From the human T2T-CHM13v2.0 reference genome, Homo sapiens, in assembly GCF_009914755.1 (NCBI RefSeq), contig NC_060931.1: a stretch of DNA of 64,000 nucleotides; one strand, given 5' to 3'. Below are positions 56,361-64,000 of this stretch, piece by piece (the first letter of the stretch is position 1; each line of letters starts with the position of its first letter). Under the pieces are notes generated by a model. That model searched no databases and was not told where the DNA came from. It was given only the letters and a program-made list of their open reading frames with translations. The translations under genes and the position numbers were made by a program.

Positions 56361-56584
56361 TGCAACTCACATCTAGCACTGCACACAAACCTTAAGGGTA
56401 CAGCTTGATAAAATGCAGTATGTGTTTGGTGTGGCCTTTTTTTTCCCCCAAAACGTTGTACATAATGCATATCTGGTAAAATCTGCCGCCGTATGCTGTA
56501 ATTTCCTAAAGATGGACAACTTATACATCCCTCTAGAATACTTTCAACACATCTTTTCAGATGAAATATAAAAACTCAGTGTAG
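56361..56584 (+). other. Candidate exon with alternative acceptors (56361, 56561) and donor TAG|gtgagg
   Basis: Long pyrimidine tract 56326-56353; cttttcag| at 56560; consensus-like donor at 56585. Confidence 0.3.
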
Positions 56585-58589
56585 GTGAGGACATGGCTGT
56601 CTTTTTCTGTGTGCTTTTGAACCTACAGGTTGTCAGGCTCAATGTACTGAAGCAGAAACCCACCAGCAGTATTTTGTACTTTCTTTAGAAGAAGATATAA
56701 CGCAGAATCTTGAGAATAGTAAAAAATCAATCAAAGAAAAACCAAAAATGTCAGATACAAGCCAGTGGTATGCGAAAGGAGAAAAAGAGAAAGGGAAAGA
56801 GAGATACAGATGTAGGAAAGGTTTCCAGGGAGCTTTCTGTATTTATTTCACCACATCTGACCAGCCTTGCTCCATGGTTTCTCAGCCTTGTTGCTTAGCA
56901 TGATATTGGGCCATTGTTGTTTTAGAAAATTGGAAATTTCACCAGCAATTTGTATCTCCCCTAGACTGCAAATTCCTTGTTGACAAGAATGTGTTCTGTT
57001 TTGTTGGTCACCCATTCCTACTTCACTTCTATCCCCCACAGCCCTTGAGGGCATGTGTGGATCTCCTCAGAAGAGTAATTCAGTAAGATATTTTGAAATA
57101 AAGAAAGCTAGAGAGCCATGATTTCTTAGCAGGGCCCCCACTACTCCTTGCGGCCACCACCCCCACCACAACTGCTGTTGTAGTGAGATTCAGGAGCTCA
57201 TAAAAAAGCTCTAAATATGTACAATGACTCATAATGTGTTGCATGGCTCAAAGGAAAACCAGATTAAAAGAAAAAACAAAAAGTGGAAATTTACTTCATT
57301 TTGTGTGATGTTGTCAAAGCACTCAGACTGTGGAATGTCAATATTGCTAGCTAGCAGGGCTGGACTGTCTCCTGAGCCCCAGGCCAGGACTCGCTTCCAT
57401 CTGTAAGCAAAATTTAAGGACATTCAAGATTGGTAAGGGTCATTATAATGTAAGCAAATTATGCTATCACCATCTGCATCAATATCAAAACTGTGTACAA
57501 TTGAACCTTTCTTTAGAGAAAGGGGACTTTGCTCCCCAAGACATCCTTAAATAAGTCTCTCCACAATTCTCTCTTTTTCTTTTTCATGTCTTTCTCTCTG
57601 GCATCATTAATGGAAGGAGTGATTATTGATAACATAATCTCAAAGCCTATTTAACACATTCACTAATGCAGTTTATAAATTAGTGGGATTAACTGAATAT
57701 TAAAAGACCTACAATAGCATATGGATTATATACCTGAATGGTCATCTCTCCTATGTCAGAAAAAAAATATAGCTGGAATGTCATTCATTGGATTATTATA
57801 CAACATATTTATTTGCAAATATATGAAATTAAAAATGAATAAGCTTCATTTGCTTTCTCATCAATGATAACCACATCTCATTCTTAAGGTGGGGAAGAGA
57901 TAATACTTAAGTATCCTTTACTACCAACCGCTGGCTCTTCAGTAGGTGAACCCTTGCTTCCAATGATACTCTGATATTTCCCAGAATTGCTGCCATATTT
58001 GCATGATCATTATATTTTTTATGTTTTCTTTAGTAATAATTTGTACTGAAAGCTATGTATCTAAACATAATATTGTTGTAGTAAACTTGTAATTCTCTAA
58101 AGACATTCTATGGTGTTTAGCCCTCATATACAAAATTTGAAGGCTAACATGGGCCTTATCACTATTCTATCAGTTTTGGTCATTTGAGCCAACATTGATA
58201 AGGCTCATTATCTTATCACTGTTACTTGCTAAGTGAATATGCTACTTTTGAGATCTTAATGGTTGAAAGGTGGGCAAGAAACGCCAAAGAACTCTGCCAT
58301 TTTTTGATAATGTGTTCAAATAGCAGCAGAATTAAAAAATCTGTAGGAAGCATGTATACTAAGATTACATTTTTAAAACAAAAATTAAAGAAATAGAAAC
58401 AAGTATAAATTAAACATTAGGTGAATTCCTCTTCATTTCCAAACTTTCTTCTTGTTCTCAAATTTTTTTATACAATTACATGTCTTCTCTGTCACTGGAT
58501 TTCAGCTGTTATCAACCATGGATTCGTTTTTTCTTGACTTTTCTATTTCTTCTAGAAAACATTTTTAATGGGGCAGGTTTTATGCCATT

Positions 58590-60800
58590 GTGTAATATTG
58601 TGGAAATGACATGGTCCAGGAGTCAGAGAGACCTAAATTTGAATCACAGCACTTGCTGGGTCTGTTATCATTATCATCTGTACAACTGGAAAAGATAATA
58701 GTCATTCTTTTCAGGGCTATTGTGAGAATTAAATAAAATAACACGCAAAAATCCCAAAACTTAGATTACTTATGTATTGATAATTCATTATTAGCTTATT
58801 ACATTAGAAATTCACCTACAAAAGCATTCATCATACATCAGGCATCCTGCCTGACCTCAGCAGTGTGTGAAGAAAATTCCATTTGTTTTTTATATAATTC
58901 TCCGCTTTTATCTAAATGTATATCAGTTTATTTTTTAATTATATTAATTTTCTCTGTAACAATTCAGAAAAATCTGTCATTGTCAATATTTAGAACTTTT
59001 TTTGTCCACTGATGTGAATACTTACATGGGAATCTATTCATTAATTCACATGGTGATATGTTTTATGAAGATTAATTTTAAGACAATTTTTTGAATCTTA
59101 AATGTCACATATTTTCATGTGCAGAACCCTACTTACTGACTCCCTAGCTTATTGTGAATGTCTCCTGCCCAAAGCCCCAGTATTGTCCTGGACACAATGA
59201 TTTTCACTCTGTGGTCTAAACCAAGGTCCCAACTCAATGTTGGGGTGTTGGACTTAGTCATATCAGGTCAGAAGGAGAAATGTGTGAGTGAGCAGTAGCA
59301 GCTACATGACACTGTTCCTCTGCCAAAAACTGAGTATTCATAGTAGAGTCTGGAGTTGGGTGCCCTTGGTTTGAATCTCAAGTAGCTTAATTATTTGATA
59401 TTTAGTTCAACATTTATAAAAGGAGTATAATAAACATCCTAACACTTCCAGGGTTGTTTTGGAGAGTAATTATGCTCAAGACATGTTAATTATCATTACC
59501 AGTAGTAGTATTGATAATTTAATATTATCGATAATTTAATATCATTGATAATGACAATTTAGTGTTACCTCTAACCCTGCGCCCCATACCTTCCCACTCT
59601 TAAGATAGCTGATACACACACATACACATACACATAATTTTCTGTTCACTCTTAAGAAAGGTGATAATTCTATACTCACTTGTCAAATTTTAACATTAAC
59701 AGCATTTGTTTAATACTTAATACTAATAGATCATAGTTCAGAGACATTATCTCACTTTCATCCTTACTACAACTCTGAAAGAAAAAGAGGGTTATTATTA
59801 TTCCTGTTTGAGAAAAAAGAAAATTGAGGTTCACGAAATTTAAATGACATGCTCAGAGTCTCACAGCTAATAATTAAGAGCAAAGATTAGCACCCACACC
59901 TTTTCAAGGAAGATGTTAAACTGTGGTTCTGTCTTCCCTGCCATGTATGGGAAAGCAAGTAGTGAAGAAACTGAGGGCAGAAACATTGTCTTATAAGTTT
60001 CCATAGTACTTCCAGGCCTTAGTCATAAACTAGGCAGTAAAATACCAAATGGGCTATTGCTATACACTTGCCATCTTAAGATGCTGAGTTCTTGAAGGTC
60101 ATCTTCATTGTGTAGTCTCATGAGATTATGTTATTTCATCAACTTTTATTGCTTTAACACCACCCTATGATGCCGCAACACATCTAAAAACTTTTACAGA
60201 AATTTAAAGAGTAGAATTGGCATGCAGTTTGCAGGAGGAAACTGCTTTCTTCAGCGGAAGAGGAACGATTCCACATGGCCTGTGCATCATGCTGAGAGAA
60301 AGAAATGACAGCCTTCCACTGCTTGCGATTGCTTCTAAGAAAAATGTTTTCCACTTTTACATACAATATTAGTATAATCAGGCAAATATTATAACTCTAA
60401 AAATTCAGAGACTGTAATAGCAACTAAGTTTGTTAACATTACATAAATTTATTGTGTTCTACCTGAGTAAGAATTCCAGTTTACCGGAAACCAAATGTCT
60501 TAAACTAGCAACCTCTGAGTGTAGTTCATCACTGTCCTGCTGCCTAACAATTCCACACGTTACTGGATAGAGTATAATTCTTCAAAGGGCAAGGGAAACA
60601 GAGCGAGTGTGTATAACTGCAAGGTAAGGATGTTGGTTTTAGTTGTAGATTATTTACTCATTAGCTTTGTGATTGTGATCAAGAATAAGTTGCTTTAACC
60701 ACTTGTGCAACCTCAGTTTTATCACGTTAAGGGAATGATAGAAATTGTTCCATAAATTTTATGTAGTTGTTAATGTTAAGTGAGATAATACATATTTGAG
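58590..60800. mobile_element. Scattered MIR fragments (about 58590-58760 +, 59340-59480 +, 59690-59900 -, 60590-60800 +)
   Basis: catctgtacaactgg...agggctattgtgagaattaaat; aacctcagttttatc; aaattgaggttcac. Confidence 0.6.
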
Positions 60801-60831
60801 GCATGATATTCAGCTTCTCTAATACCAAATC

Positions 60832-60879
60832 TGTATTAGGAATCTCCAGAGAGACAGAACCAATAGGATATATGTGTAC

Positions 60880-60919
<40 letters not shown>

Positions 60920-61399
60920 GGATTTATTAGGAAAATTGGCTCAAGTGTTTATGGTTTATGGTGGCTGAGAAGTCCCATCTGCAAGCCTGAGACCCCAGGA
61001 TGCATGGCTCAGGCTAAGTCCAAAGGCCTCAGAACTAGGGAAGTGGATGGTGTAACTCTTAGAATGAGGCCGAAAGCTTCAGCACCCTAGGGCTCCTGGT
61101 GTAAGTCCTGGAGTTCAAAGCCCGGTCTGCCTGGAATTCTGATGTCCAAGACCGCAGAAGAAAAGTCTATCACAGTTTCCAAGACAGATCAAGTCACCTT
61201 CTGAAATTGTTCTCACTGGGCTCTGGCCAATTGGATGATGCACTCCAACACTGAGGGCAAAATTCCCCATCTAGTCCATTCACACTCAAACACGAATTGC
61301 CTCTGGAAACACCCTCACAGACACATCCGAATTAATATTTTATCAGGTTTCTAGGTATTCCTTAATTCTGCCAAGTTGACACCTAAAATTAAGTTCACA
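60832..61399 (-). mobile_element. MLT2 (MLT2A/B) ERVL LTR with an internal (TG)n(TA)n tract
   Basis: tgtattagg..tctccagagagacagaaccaataggata ... ggaaacaccctcacagacaca ... caagttgacacctaaaattaa. Confidence 0.9.
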
Positions 61400-61640
61400 A
61401 GTCCACCACTTGTCAGCCTAGTGTTCATATACATCTCCTCAAACTATATGTTATTTCCAAATAAAAGCAGTAACAAGGTGATGGTTCCACCTAACATGAT
61501 GCAGGCCAATGTGATGAGACCATCCTGCATGCAAGTGAAATGCCAACCCCTTTTCCAGAATTCAGCTTTCAGGATTTCAACATTCAGAATTTTAATCTTT
61601 CAGGATTGTAATTTTGGGGATTTTGGACCTTAGCAATTTA
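61400..61640. mobile_element. ERVL internal 3' fragment followed by Ricksha-like (MuDR) subterminal repeats
   Basis: agtccaccacttgtca (reverse of the PPT-adjacent ERVL sequence), then tttcaggatttcaacattcagaattttaatctttcaggattgtaattttggggattttgg. Confidence 0.6.
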
Positions 61641-62169
61641 GATCCTCATCAAACTAGTTGATTTTGAATCCCTACTTTTCAACATCAGTGTTATTCATTA
61701 TTCTCCAGAGGAAATTATCAAAAATCTTTTAAAAACTAGAATATAAGTCCTATGCTTTATCAAAATTATGAATAATTAAAATGCAGAGTCAATACATTCA
61801 TTTTTTGTATTTTTCAAACTAAGTGAATTAATATTAACATTTCATGAAACAGATACACATATAGCTCAACTCCAAACTGTCCATGAATTTATCTAATAAA
61901 CAGAGAAAATGCTGCTTATAAGCAAGTCACAATTCTGATCTTACAGTTAGCTGAGCTATTAAGAAATTGTTGGAATAAGAACTGGGATAATAAAATGTTT
62001 TTGTTCAAATAAATTACCATGAATATACAATTGTATGATTAATTGCAAAAAAGGATTGTCAAAGGGAAATCCGATTAAAATAATTCAACTGATCTAAGTT
62101 GCATTCCATTAACATCATTTCCCTGATTAAACTCTTCAATATTTCCCAATGAGCTGCAGGCATACATAT

Positions 62170-62990
62170 GTAATATTACATATAATCACCTTTTTGCTTA
62201 AATAAAATTATATTCTGTAATAATCTATGTCTCACTATGATTATGTCATCTTCTAACTATATAACTTTCCACAGCAATGCCAGGACACAAATATCTACCT
62301 GTTTTACTAGCCGCATAATATTCCATTGTAAGAGTATTCCATAATATATTTAACCAATCCCTTGTCAATGAATAGTTTTAATATATCTCGGGATTTTTTT
62401 GCTATAACAACATTTCTGAGTGAACATACTTGAGTAGACCTCTTTGTACATTTTTATGACTCTATCTGAAAGACACATTCCTAAATGTGGCATTCCTGAG
62501 ACAAGTGTTTCTTAATACATTTTTATAGATACAGATTTAAAGTTCTATAGATATAGATACATTATCCTTCGTGGTGATTATCCCGCTAGTCCCACCAAAA
62601 GTATTCAACACTACCATTAATACTACGGATGGAAAATTGTTTTTCACTGTCTGGATTTGCATCTTTAAACTGTGGGGTTGAGTATCATTTCATATGTTTA
62701 AAAGTCATTAATGTCTAATTTTTCTTTGATTGAACTACTACATCAATGTTTTAGATTATTCATCTTTCATCTTTCCTTTTTTGCCAAAACTCTATTATAT
62801 TAAAGACATTGGATAATTTTCTATCGTGCAATTTACAAATATTGTTTCTCAATTGTTATTTTGACTTTTTTGCTCTATGCAAAAATTTTAAAGGAATATG
62901 CAACAGTTACATATATTTTCCTTTCTGGCTTCTGAATTTTGGGTCTTATTATATTAAGGCCAAATCCCATTATTTGGGTTTTGTCAAATA
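62170..62990 (-). mobile_element. Ancient L1ME-like fragment
   Basis: gcataatattccattgta...atatttaaccaatccctt...tgaacatacttg...attcctaaatgtgg. Confidence 0.6.
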
Positions 62991-63399
62991 AAATACTGGA
63001 AAACAATTGACTTTCCAAAGCAGAAAAAATTATTTTTTTAAATGTTATTTGTGTTATGAAGTTGCTTACCAAATTATTTTCTACATGGATTTCAAGGGCA
63101 AACCACTGCCCATTTCTTTGTAATTAATAGCATCCAAACTAATCAATATTCCCAAATTTTAATTTCTCAGCAATGCTTATTTTCTGACAGCTCACAGCAA
63201 TTTTTTCAAAAAGAGGTGGAACTTGGGCTAGTTTCTGCTTCAGATGCTGTTTCTCCAGAAATGTGTCATATCTCTTTGATGAATTCTTAACTTTCTTTTC
63301 TAAATCCCCAATATACATTTTCCATTATGAAAGATCACTCAATTGTCATCAGACTTCAATGATATTATCTCAAAAATGATGATTATGTGTTTACTTACA

Positions 63400-63700
63400 C
63401 ACAACAGGATAGGGAAACAAGAAGTGCATTCAGGTTTAATAATTGCTTCTTCATCAACCCATGTCTGCCACCAGGCAGAGACCTTGTTTTAATCATCATT
63501 GAACGTCCAGAACACCTAATTAAGAGAAGCTGCTCAATAGATATGTGAGCACAAAGTGAAAGAATGAATGACTGAACAAACTGGGATTTCATCTTTCTGA
63601 GCCTTAGTTCCTTCTACAAAACAAAAAGTTTGGCAGAAAGAATAGTAAGATAATAGATTTGATAGTGGTTTGAAAAACAAAACATTCAGAAAAGTGGTAT
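63400..63700 (+). mobile_element. L2 3' end plus MIR fragment
   Basis: ggcagagaccttgtttt...gctcaatagatatgtg...gaatgaatga; tctgagccttagttcc. Confidence 0.55.
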
Positions 63701-64000
63701 TTTCTCCCATAATTTTGTCTTCTTATTGATGTATTAATTTGTATGTCTATTCCAGAAATCTCTTTATGCTTTGGAAAGTCTTATGCATAATTTTGGCTTT
63801 TTCAGTTCAATATGCATTTAATAAGCAAATATTCTTGTGTAAGATATGGAATATTGGAAATGCTGATTATGTAATACTGATTACAAGTATGAAATAAAAT
63901 AGAGGCAAGAGGAAAATAATTCTCATCTAGGGAGAGTATACTGGCTATTAAGTATTATTATATTATCTTTATTTTCACCATCCTCAGTGTTATTGTGAAA

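Overview
Primate, most likely human, AT-rich and CpG-poor non-coding DNA (intronic or intergenic). The AluS, L1PA4/L1PA7-like and THE1 elements place it in the primate lineage. I find no host protein-coding gene, rRNA, tRNA, CRISPR array or CpG island, and I cannot name the locus. The longer ORFs come from transposons, simple repeats or chance. The main features are: a full-length but ORF-dead L1PA7-like LINE (28149-34599, minus strand, TSD-flanked); nine Alus; two twin-primed L1 insertions; THE1, MLT1, MLT2 and LTR33 LTRs; DNA-transposon fossils (MER47, MER5, MER102, MADE2, and a Ricksha-like end next to ERVL sequence); a split CR1/L3 fossil; and a ~1 kb, 30-copy 34-bp VNTR with ordered variant blocks. 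The most interesting hypothesis is that the L1's outward-facing antisense region could drive plus-strand chimeric transcripts. It keeps an open ORF0-like frame and three splice donors, and candidate non-coding exons lie downstream (51560-51754, 56361-56584). This is inference; the sequence alone does not prove a novel system. Repeat subfamily names come from recalled consensus sequences and need RepeatMasker/Dfam confirmation.
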